Shown piece after piece: positions 45,801-58,011 of a stretch of 64,000 bases of DNA (position 1 is its first letter; every line of letters begins with the position of its first letter). Origin of the DNA: Auanema rhodensis (taxonomy: Eukaryota; Animalia; Nematoda); the NCBI GenBank assembly GCA_964057225.1, contig OZ059900.1, positions 2,232,001 through 2,296,000 on the forward strand. Reading direction: 5' to 3'. The position numbers were made by a program, and so were the translations under genes. The notes beneath the pieces are model-generated. The model saw only the letters and a program-made list of their open reading frames with translations, had not been told where the DNA came from and made no database searches.

Positions 45801-48800
45801 TATTTGTTAAGATTCGAGAATCAAACACATAATACACGAAATAAGTCTATTTTTACAAGTTTGCACTGATATTTATTCATTTTGATCAAAAAAAGGTCGA
45901 AAATAGAAAAAATTTTTGAAATTTCCGAGTTTTGAGTCTAATTTGGCTAAATCGCTCATATATATGATCAGAAGCATAGTTTTAATGTCTATGACAACAA
46001 AAATCATCAATTAAACGCTAGTGATGTTTAAATACTGATTTTCGCTCAAATAGCATTACTACACTAAGTATGGTCGTTTTTATGCCTTTAACACCATATA
46101 CTCACCGATTTTTGGTACAAAATCTGTAATACTCGTAAAATTTGATCATATTTGTTAAGATTTGAGAATCAAACACACAATACACAAAATCAGTCTATTT
46201 TTATGAGTTTACACTGATATATATTCATTTTCATCAAAAAAGGTCGAAAATAGAAAGAATTTTTGAATTTTCCGAGTTTTGAGTCGAATTGGGCTAAATC
46301 GCTCATATATATGATCAAAAGCATAGTTTTACTGTCTATGATAACAAAAGTCTTCAAATATACACTAATAATGATTAAATCACTGAATTTCACTCAAATA
46401 GCATTACTACACTAAGTATGGTCGTTTTTATGCCTTTAACACCATATACTCACCGATTTTTGGTACAAAATCTGTAATACTTGTAAATTTTGATCATATT
46501 TGTTAAGATTCGGGAATCAAACACATAATACACAAAATAAGTCTATTTTTACAAGTTTGCACTGATATTTATTCATTTTGATCAAAAAAGGTCGAAAATA
46601 GAAAGAATTTTTGAAATTTCCGAGTTTTGAGTCCAATTTGGCTAAATCGCTCATATATATGATCAAAAGCATAGTGTTATTGTCTATAACAACAAAAGTC
46701 ATCAATTAAACGCTAGTGATGTTTAAATACTGAATTTCGCTCAAATAGCATTACTACACTAAGTATGGTCGTTTTTATGCCTTTAACACCATATACTCAC
46801 CGATTTTTGGTACAAAATCTGTAATACTCGTAAATTTTGATCATATTCGTTAAGATTTGAGAATCAAACATACAATACACAAAATCAGTCTATTTTTATG
46901 AGCTTGCACTGATATATATTCATTTTGATCAAAAAAGGTCGAAAATAGAAAGAATTTTTGAAATTTCCGAGTTTTGAGTCTAATTTGGCTAAATCGCTCA
47001 TATATATGATCAAAAGCATAGTTTTATTGTCTATGACAACAAAAGTCATCAATTAAATGCTAGTGATGTTTAAATACTGAATTTCGCTCAAATAGCATTA
47101 CTACACTAAGTATGGTCGTTTTTATGCCTTTAACACCATATACTCACCGATTTTTGGTACAAAATCTGTAATACTCGTAAATTTTGATCATATTCGGTGA
47201 GATTCGAGAATCAAACACACAATACACGAAATAAGTTTATTTTGACGAGTTTGCACTGGTATTTATTCATTTTGATCAAAAAAGGTCGAAAATAGAAAGA
47301 ATTTTTGAATTTTCCGAGTTTTGAGTCCAATTGGGCTAAATCGCTCATATATATGATCAAAAGCATAGTTTTACTGTCTATGATAACAAAAGTCTTCAAA
47401 TATACACTAATAATGTGTAAATCACTGAATTTCACTCAAATAGCTTTACTACACTAAGTATGGTCGTTTTTATGCCTTTAACACCATATACTCACCGATT
47501 TTTGGTACAAAATCTGTAATACTCGTAAATTTCGATCATATTCGTTAAGATTCGAGAATCAAACACACAATACACGAAATAAGTTTATTTTTACGAGTTT
47601 GCACTGATATTTATTCATTTTGATCAAAAAAGGTCGAAAATAGAAAGAATTTTTGAATTTTCCGAGTTTTGAGTCCAATTGGGCTAAATCGCTCATATGT
47701 ATGATCAAAAGCATAGTTTCACTGTCTATGATAACAAAAGTCTTCAAATATACAGTAGTAATGATTAAATCACTGAATTTCACTCAAATAGCATTACTAC
47801 ACTAAGTATGGTCGTTTTTATGCCTTTAACACCATATACTCACCGATTTTTGGTACAAAATCTGTAATACTTGTAAATTTTGATCATATTTGTTAAGATT
47901 CGAGAATCAAACACATAATACACGAAATAAGTCTATTTTTACAAGTTTGCACTGATATTTATTCATTTTGATCAAAAAAAGGTCGAAAATAGAAAAATTT
48001 TTTGAAATTTCCGAGTTTTGAGTCCAATTTGGCTAAATCGCTCATATATAAGATCAAAAGCATAGTTTTATTGTCTATAACAACAAAAGTCATCAATTAA
48101 ACGCTAGTGATATTTAAATACTGATTTTCGCTCAAGTAGCATTACTACACTAAGTATGGTCGTTTTTATGCCTTTAACACCATATACTCACCGATTTTTG
48201 GTACAAAATCTGTAATACTTGTAAATTTTGATCATATTCGTTAAGATTTGAGAATCGAACATACAATACACAAAATCAGTCTATTTTTATGAGCTTGCAC
48301 TGATATATATTCATTTTGATCAAAAAAGGTCGAAAATAGAAAGAATTTTTGAAATTTCCGAGTTTTGAGTCTAATTTGGCTAAATCGCTCATATATATGA
48401 TCAGAAGCATAGTTTTAATGTCTATGACAACAAAAATCATCAATTAAACGCTAGTGATGTTTAAATACTGATTTTCGCTCAAATAGCATTACTACACTAA
48501 GTATGGTCGTTTTTATGCCTTTAACACCATATACTCACCGATTTTTGGTACAAAATCTGTAATACTCGTAAAATTTGATCATATTTGTTAAGATTTGAGA
48601 ATCAAACACACAATACACAAAATCAGTCTATTTTTATGAGTTTACACTGATATATATTCATTTTCATCAAAAAAGGTCGAAAATAGAAAGAATTTTTGAA
48701 TTTTCCGAGTTTTGAGTCGAATTGGGCTAAATCGCTCATATATATGATCAAAAGCATAGTTTTACTGTCTATGATAACAAAAGTCTTCAAATATACACTA

Positions 48801-51800
48801 ATAATGATTAAATCACTGAATTTCACTCAAATAGCATTACTACACTAAGTATGGTCGTTTTTATGCCTTTAACACCATATACTCACCGATTTTTGGTACA
48901 AAATCTGTAATACTTGTAAATTTTGATCATATTTGTTAAGATTCGAGAATCAAACACATAATACACAAAATAAGTCTATTTTTACAAGTTTGCACTGATA
49001 TTTATTCATTTTGATCAAAAAAGGTCGAAAATAGAAAGAATTTTTGAAATTTCCGAGTTTTGAGTCCAATTTGGCTAAATCGCTCATATATATGATCAAA
49101 AGCATAGTGTTATTGTCTATAACAACAAAAGTCATCAATTAAACGCTAGTGATGTTTAAATACTGAATTTCGCTCAAATAGCATTACTACACTAAGTATG
49201 GTCGTTTTTATGCCTTTAACACCATATACTCACCGATTTTTGGTACAAAATCTGTAATACTCGTAAATTTTGATCATATTTGTTAAGATTTGAGAATCAA
49301 ACATACAATACACAAAATCAGTCTATTTTTATGAGCTTGCACTGATATATATTCATTTTGATCAAAAAAGGTCGAAAATAGAAAGAATTTTTGAAATTTC
49401 CGAGTTTTGAGTCTAATTTGGCTAAATCGCTCATATATATGATCAAAAGCATAGTTTTATTGTCTATGACAACAAAAGTCATCAATTAAATGCTAGTGAT
49501 GTTTAAATACTGAATTTCGCTCAAATAGCATTACTACACTAAGTATGGTCGTTTTTATGCCTTTAACACCATATACTCACCGATTTTTGGTACAAAATCT
49601 GTAATACTCGTAAATTTTGATCATATTCGGTGAGATTCGAGAATCAAACACACAATACACGAAATAAGTTTATTTTGACGAGTTTGCACTGGTATTTATT
49701 CATTTTGATCAAAAAAGGTCGAAAATAGAAAGAATTTTTGAATTTTCCGAGTTTTGAGTCCAATTGGGCTAAATCGCTCATATATATGATCAAAAGCATA
49801 GTTTTACTGTCTATGATAACAAAAGTCTTCAAATATACACTAGTAATGATTAAATCACTGAATTTCACTCAAATAGCATTACTACACTAAGTATGGTCGT
49901 TTTTATGCCTTTAACACCATATACTCACCGATTTTTGGTACAAAATCTGTAATACTTGTAAATTTTGATCATATTTGTTAAGATTCGAGAATCAAACACA
50001 TAATACACAAAATAAGTCTATTTTTACAAGTTTGCACTGATATTTATTCATTTTGATCAAAAAAGGTCGAAAATAGAAAGAATTTTTGAAATTTCCGAGT
50101 TTTGAGTCCAATTTGGCTAAATCGCTCATATATATGATCAAAAGCATAGTGTTATTGTCTATAACAACAAAAGTCATCAATTAAACGCTAGTGATGTTTA
50201 AATACTGAATTTCGCTCAAATAGCATTACTACACTAAGTATGGTCGTTTTTATGCCTTTAACACCATATACTCACCGATTTTTGGTACAAAATCTGTAAT
50301 ACTCGTAAATTTTGATCATATTCGTTAAGATTTGAGAATCAAACATACAATACACAAAATCAGTCTATTTTTATGAGCTTGCACTGATATATATTCATTT
50401 TGATCAAAAAAGGTCGAAAATAGAAAGAATTTTTGAAATTTCCGAGTTTTGAGTCTAATTTGGCTAAATCGCTCATATATATGATCAAAAGAATAGTTTT
50501 ATTGTCTATGACAACAAAAGTCATCAATTAAATGCTAGTGATGTTTAAATACTGAATTTCGCTCAAATAGCATTACTACACTAAGTATGGTCGTTTTTAT
50601 GCCTTTAACACCATATACTCACCGATTTTTGGTACAAAATCTGTAATACTCGTAAATTTTGATCATATCCGGTGAGATTCGAGAATCAAACACACAATAC
50701 ACGAAATAAGTTTATTTTGACGAGTTTGCACTGGTATTTATTCATTTTGATCAAAAAAGGTCGAAAATAGAAAGAATTTTTGAATTTTCCGAGTTTTGAG
50801 TCCAATTGGGCTAAATCGCTCATATATATGATCAAAAGCATAGTTTTACTGTCTATGATAACAAAAGTCTTCAAATATACACTAATAATGTGTAAATCAC
50901 TGAATTTCACTCAAATAGCTTTACTACACTAAGTATGGTCGTTTTTATGCCTTTAACACCATATACTCACCGATTTTTGGTACAAAATCTGTAATACTCG
51001 TAAATTTCGATCATATTCGTTAAGATTCGAGAATCAAACACACAATACACGAAATAAGTTTATTTTTACGAGTTTGCACTGATATTTATTCATTTTGATC
51101 AAAAAAGGTCGAAAATAGAAAGAATTTTTGAATTTTCCGAGTTTTGAGTCCAATTGGGCTAAATCGCTCATATATATGATCAAAAGCATAGTTTCACTGT
51201 CTATGATAACAAAAGTCTTCAAATATACACTAGTAATGATTAAATCACTGAATTTCACTCAAATAGCATTACTACACTAAGTATGGTCGTTTTTATGCCT
51301 TTAACACCATATACTCACCGATTTTTGGTACAAAATCTGTAATACTTGTAAATTTTGATCATATTTGTTAAGATTCGAGAATCAAACACATAATACACGA
51401 AATAAGTCTATTTTTACAAGTTTGCACTGATATTTATTCATTTTGATCAAAAAAAGGTCGAAAATAGAAAAATTTTTTGAAATTTCCGAGTTTTGAGTCC
51501 AATTTGGCTAAATCGCTCATATATAAGATCAAAAGCATAGTTTTATTGTCTATAACAACAAAAGTCATCAATTAAACGCTAGTGATATTTAAATACTGAT
51601 TTTCGCTCAAGTAGCATTACTACACTAAGTATGGTCGTTTTTATGCCTTTAACACCATATACTCACCGATTTTTGGTACAAAATCTGTAATACTTGTAAA
51701 TTTTGATCATATTCGTTAAGATTTGAGAATCGAACATACAATACACAAAATTAGTCTATTTTTATGAGCTTGCACTGATATATATTCATTTTGATCAAAA

Positions 51801-53814
51801 AAGGTCGAAAATAGAAAGAATTTTTGAAATTTCCGAGTTTTGAGTCTAATTTGGCTAAATCGCTCATATATATGATCAGAAGCATAGTTTTAATGTCTAT
51901 GACAACAAAAATCATCAATTAAACGCTAGTGATGTTTAAATACTGATTTTCGCTCAAATAGCATTACTACACTAAGTATGGTCGTTTTTATGCCTTTAAC
52001 ACCATATACTCACCGATTTTTGGTACAAAATCTGTAATACTCGTAAAATTTGATCATATTTGTTAAGATTTGAGAATCAAACACACAATACACAAAATCA
52101 GTCTATTTTTATGAGTTTACACTGATATATATTCATTTTCATCAAAAAAGGTCGAAAATAGAAAGAATTTTTGAATTTTCCGAGTTTTGAGTCGAATTGG
52201 GCTAAATCGCTCATATATATGATCAAAAGCATAGTTTTACTGTCTATGATAACAAAAGTCTTCAAATATACACTAGTAATGATTAAATCACTGAATTTCA
52301 CTCAAATAGCATTACTACACTAAGTATGGTCGTTTTTATGCCTTTAACACCATATACTCACCGATTTTTGGTACAAAATCTGTAATACTTGTAAATTTTG
52401 ATCATATTTGTTAAGATTCGAGAATCAAACACATAATACACGAAATAAGTCTATTTTTACAAGTTTGCACTGATATTTATTCATTTTGATCAAAAAAAGG
52501 TCGAAAATAGAAAAATTTTTTGAAATTTCCGAGTTTTGAGTCCAATTTGGCTAAATCGCTCATATATAAGATCAAAAGCATAGTTTTATTGTCTATAACA
52601 ACAAAAGTCATCAATTAAACGCTAGTGATATTTAAATACTGATTTTCGCTCAAGTAGCATTACTACACTAAGTATGGTCGTTTTTATGCCTTTAACACCA
52701 TATACTCACCGATTTTTGGTACAAAATCTGTAATACTTGTAAATTTTGATCATATTCGTTAAGATTTGAGAATCGAACATACAATACACAAAATCAGTCT
52801 ATTTTTATGAGCTTGCACTGATTTATATTCATTTTGATCAAAAAAGGTCGAAAATAGAAAGAATTTTTGAAATTTCCGAGTTTTGAGTCTAATTTGGCTA
52901 AATCGCTCATATATATGATCAGAAGCATAGTTTTAATGTCTATGACAACAAAAATCATCAATTAAACGCTAGTGATGTTTAAATACTGATTTTCGCTCAA
53001 ATAGCATTACTACACTAAGTATGGTCGTTTTTATGCCTTTAACACCATATACTCACCGATTTTTGGTACAAAATCTGTAATACTCGTAAAATTTGATCAA
53101 ATTTGTTAAGATTTGAGAATCAAACACACAATACACAAAATCAGTCTATTTTTATGAGTTTACACTGATATATATTCATTTTCATCAAAAAAGGTCGAAA
53201 ATAGAAAGAATTTTTGAATTTTCCGAGTTTTGAGTCGAATTGGGCTAAATCGCTCATATATATGATCAAAAGCATAGTTTTACTGTCTATGATAACAAAA
53301 GTCTTCAAATATACACTAATAATGATTAAATCACTGAATTTCACTCAAATAGCATTACTACACTAAGTATGGTCGTTTTTATGCCTTTAACACCATATAC
53401 TCACCGATTTTTGGTACAAAATCTGTAATACTTGTAAATTTTGATCATATTTGTTAAGATTCGGGAATCAAACACATAATACACAAAATAAGTCTATTTT
53501 TACAAGTTTGCACTGATATTTATTCATTTTGATCAAAAAAGGTCGAAAATAGAAAGAATTTTTGAAATTTCCGAGTTTTGAGTCCAATTTGGCTAAATCG
53601 CTCATATATATGATCAAAAGCATAGTGTTATTGTCTATAACAACAAAAGTCATCAATTAAATGCTAGTGATGTTTAAATACTGAATTTCGCTCAAATAGC
53701 ATTACTACACTAAGTATGGTCGTTTTTATGCCTTTAACACCATATACTCACCGATTTTTGGTACAAAATCTGTAATACTCGTAAATTTTGATCATATTCG
53801 TTAAGATTTGAGAA
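30528..53814. repeat. 7-mer HOR domain interspersed with shortened variants (3-, 4-, 5- and 6-monomer units) from whole-monomer deletion or duplication
   Basis: 2433-bp offsets occur at 30549->32982, 34699->37132->39565 and 46190->48623. Shortened units include 39565->40955 (1390), 40955->43040 (2085), 44452->46190 (1738) and 52098->53141 (1043). Confidence 0.88.
36090..38522. repeat. Representative canonical 7-mer HOR unit (A-B-C-D-E-F-G), 2433 bp = 4x348 + 3x347
   Basis: Diagnostic variants: A 36090 (GAGTTTACAC, TTTTCATC, GAGTCGAATTGGG); B 36438 (ACATAATACACAAAATAAGTC); C 36785 (ACATACAAT, TTAAATGCTAG); D 37132 (TTCGGTGAG just upstream, TTTTGACGAG, AATGTGTAAATC, ATAGCTTTAC); E 37480 (AGTTTCACTG, CTAGTAATG); F 37828 (GATC-A7-GG, ATATAAGATC, CAAGTAGC); G 38176 (AATCGAAC, GATCAGAAG, TTTTAATGTC). 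ORF offsets 36111->38544, 36438->38871 and 37132->39565 are all 2433. Confidence 0.95.
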
Positions 53815-53839
53815 TCAAACATACAATACACAAAATCAG

Positions 53840-56800
53840 TCTATTTTTATGAGCTTGCACTGATATATATTCATTTTGATCAAAAAAGGTCGAAAATAGA
53901 AAGAATTTTTGAAATTTCCGAGTTTTGAGTCTAATTTGGCTAAATCGCTCATATATATGATCAAAAGCATAGTTTTATTGTCTATGACAACAAAAGTCAT
54001 CAATTAAATGCTAGTGATGTTTAAATACTGAATTTCGCTCAAATAGCATTACTACACTAAGTATGGTCGTTTTTATGCCTTTAACACCATATACTCACCG
54101 ATTTTTGGTACAAAATCTGTAATACTCGTAAATTTTGATCATATTCGGTGAGATTCGAGAATCAAACACACAATACACGAAATAAGTTTATTTTGACGAG
54201 TTTGCACTGGTATTTATTCATTTTGATCAAAAAAGGTCGAAAATAGAAAGAATTTTTGAATTTTCCGAGTTTTGAGTCCAATTGGGCTAAATCGCTCATA
54301 TATATGATCAAAAGCATAGTTTTACTGTCTATGATAACAAAAGTCTTCAAATATACACTAATAATGTGTAAATCACTGAATTTCACTCAAATAGCTTTAC
54401 TACACTAAGTATGGTCGTTTTTATGCCTTTAACACCATATACTCACCGATTTTTGGTACAAAATCTGTAATACTTGTAAATTTTGATCATATTTGTTAAG
54501 ATTCGAGAATCAAACACATAATACACGAAATAAGTCTATTTTTACAAGTTTGCACTGATATTTATTCATTTTGATCAAAAAAAGGTCGAAAATAGAAAAA
54601 TTTTTTGAAATTTCCGAGTTTTGAGTCCAATTTGGCTAAATCGCTCATATATAAAATCAAAAGCATAGTTTTATTGTCTATAACAACAAAAGTCATCAAT
54701 TAAACGCTAGTGATAATTAAATACTGATTTTCGCTCAAGTAGCATTACTACACTAAGTATGGTCGTTTTTATGCCTTTAACACCATATACTCACCGATTT
54801 TTGGTACAAAATCTGTAATACTCGTAAAATTTGATCATATTTGTTAAGATTTGAGAATCAAACACACAATACACAAAATCAGTCTATTTTTATGAGTTTA
54901 CACTGATATATATTCATTTTCATCAAAAAAGGTCGAAAATAGAAAGAATTTTTGAATTTTCCGAGTTTTGAGTCGAATTGGGCTAAATCGCTCATATATA
55001 TGATCAAAAGCATAGTTTTACTGTCTATGATAACAAAAGTCTTCAAATATACACTAATAATGATTAAATCACTGAATTTCACTCAAATAGCATTACTACA
55101 CTAAGTATGGTCGTTTTTATGCCTTTAACACCATATACTCACCGATTTTTGGTACAAAATCTGTAATACTTGTAAATTTTGATCATATTTGTTAAGATTC
55201 GAGAATCAAACACATAATACACAAAATAAGTCTATTTTTACAAGTTTGCACTGATATTTATTCATTTTGATCAAAAAAGGTCGAAAATAGAAAGAATTTT
55301 TGAAATTTCCGAGTTTTGAGTCCAATTTGGCTAAATCGCTCATATATATGATCAAAAGCATAGTTTTATTGTCTATAACAACAAAAGTCATCAATTAAAC
55401 GCTAGTGATGTTTAAATACTGAATTTCGCTCAAATAGCATTACTACACTAAGTATGGTCGTTTTTATGCCTTTAACACCATATACTCACCGATTTTTGGT
55501 ACAAAATCTGTAATACTCGTAAATTTTGATCATATTCGGTGAGATTCGAGAATCAAACACACAATACACGAAATAAGTTTATTTTGACGAGTTTGCACTG
55601 GTATTTATTCATTTTGATCAAAAAAGGTCGAAAATAGAAAGAATTTTTGAATTTTCCGAGTTTTGAGTCCAATTGGGCTAAATCGCTCATATATATGATC
55701 AAAAGCATAGTTTCACTGTCTATGATAACAAAAGTCTTCAAATATACACTAGTAATGATTAAATCACTGAATTTCACTCAAATAGCTTTACTACACTAAG
55801 TATGGTCGTTTTTATGCCTTTAACACCATATACTCACCGATTTTTGGTACAAAATCTGTAATACTCGTAAATTTTGATCATATCCGTTAAGATTCGAGAA
55901 TCAAACACACAATACACGAAATAAGTCTATTTTTATGAGCTTGCACTGATATATATTCATTTTGATCAAAAAAGGTCGAAAATAGAAAGAATTTTTGAAA
56001 TTTCCGAGTTTTGAGTCTAATTTGGCTAAATCGCTCATATATATGATCAAAAGCATAGTTTTATTGTCTATGACAACAAAAGTCATCAATTAAATGCTAG
56101 TGATGTTTAAATACTGAATTTCGCTCAAATAGCATTACTACACTAAGTATGGTCGTTTTTATGCCTTTAACACCATATACTCACCGATTTTTGGTACAAA
56201 ATCTGTAATACTCGTAAATTTTGATCATATTCGGTGAGATTCGAGAATCAAACACACAATACACGAAATAAGTTTATTTTGACGAGTTTGCACTGGTATT
56301 TATTCATTTTGATCAAAAAAGGTCGAAAATAGAAAGAATTTTTGAATTTTCCGAGTTTTGAGTCCAATTGGGCTAAATCGCTCATATATATGATCAAAAG
56401 CATAGTTTTACTGTCTATGATAACAAAAGTCTTCAAATATACACTAATAATGTGTAAATCACTGAATTTCACTCAAATAGCTTTACTACACTAAGTATGG
56501 TCGTTTTTATGCCTTTAACACCATATACTCACCGATTTTTGGTACAAAATCTGTAATACTTGTAAATTTTGATCATATTTGTTAAGATTCGAGAATCAAA
56601 CACATAATACACGAAATAAGTCTATTTTTACAAGTTTGCACTGATATTTATTCATTTTGATCAAAAAAAGGTCGAAAATAGAAAAATTTTTTGAAATTTC
56701 CGAGTTTTGAGTCCAATTTGGCTAAATCGCTCATATATAAAATCAAAAGCATAGTTTTATTGTCTATAACAACAAAAGTCATCAATTAAACGCTAGTGAT

Positions 56801-58011
56801 AATTAAATACTGATTTTCGCTCAAGTAGCATTACTACACTAAGTATGGTCGTTTTTATGCCTTTAACACCATATACTCACCGATTTTTGGTACAAAATCT
56901 GTAATACTCGTAAAATTTGATCATATTTGTTAAGATTTGAGAATCAAACACACAATACACAAAATCAGTCTATTTTTATGAGTTTACACTGATATATATT
57001 CATTTTCATCAAAAAAGGTCGAAAATAGAAAGAATTTTTGAATTTTCCGAGTTTTGAGTCGAATTGGGCTAAATCGCTCATATATATGATCAAAAGCATA
57101 GTTTTACTGTCTATGATAACAAAAGTCTTCAAATATACACTAATAATGATTAAATCACTGAATTTCACTCAAATAGCATTACTACACTAAGTATGGTCGT
57201 TTTTATGCCTTTAACACCATATACTCACCGATTTTTGGTACAAAATCTGTAATACTTGTAAATTTTGATCATATTTGTTAAGATTCGAGAATCAAACACA
57301 TAATACACAAAATAAGTCTATTTTTACAAGTTTGCACTGATATTTATTCATTTTGATCAAAAAAGGTCGAAAATAGAAAGAATTTTTGAAATTTCCGAGT
57401 TTTGAGTCCAATTTGGCTAAATCGCTCATATATATGATCAAAAGCATAGTTTTATTGTCTATAACAACAAAAGTGATCAATTAAACGCTAGTGATGTTTA
57501 AATACTGAATTTCGCTCAAATAGCATTACTACACTAAGTATGGTCGTTTTTATGCCTTTAACACCATATACTCACCGATTTTTGGTACAAAATCTGTAAT
57601 ACTCGTAAATTTTGATCATATTCGGTGAGATTCGAGAATCAAACACACAATACACGAAATAAGTTTATTTTGACGAGTTTGCACTGGTATTTATTCATTT
57701 TGATCAAAAAAGGTCGAAAATAGAAAGAATTTTTGAATTTTCCGAGTTTTGAGTCCAATTGGGCTAAATCGCTCATATATATGATCAAAAGCATAGTTTC
57801 ACTGTCTATGATAACAAAAGTCTTCAAATATACACTAGTAATGATTAAATCACTGAATTTCACTCAAATAGCTTTACTACACTAAGTATGGTCGTTTTTA
57901 TGCCTTTAACACCATATACTCACCGATTTTTGGTACAAAATCTGTAATACTCGTAAATTTTGATCATATCCGTTAAGATTCGAGAATCAAACACACAATA
58001 CACGAAATAAG
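53840..58011. repeat. Tandem duplication of a 6-monomer unit, 2086 bp, two copies
   Basis: Offsets 54162->56248, 54879->56965, 55206->57292 and 55553->57639 are all 2086. The private variants ATATAAAATCAA and GATAATTAAA occur in both F copies. Confidence 0.92.
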
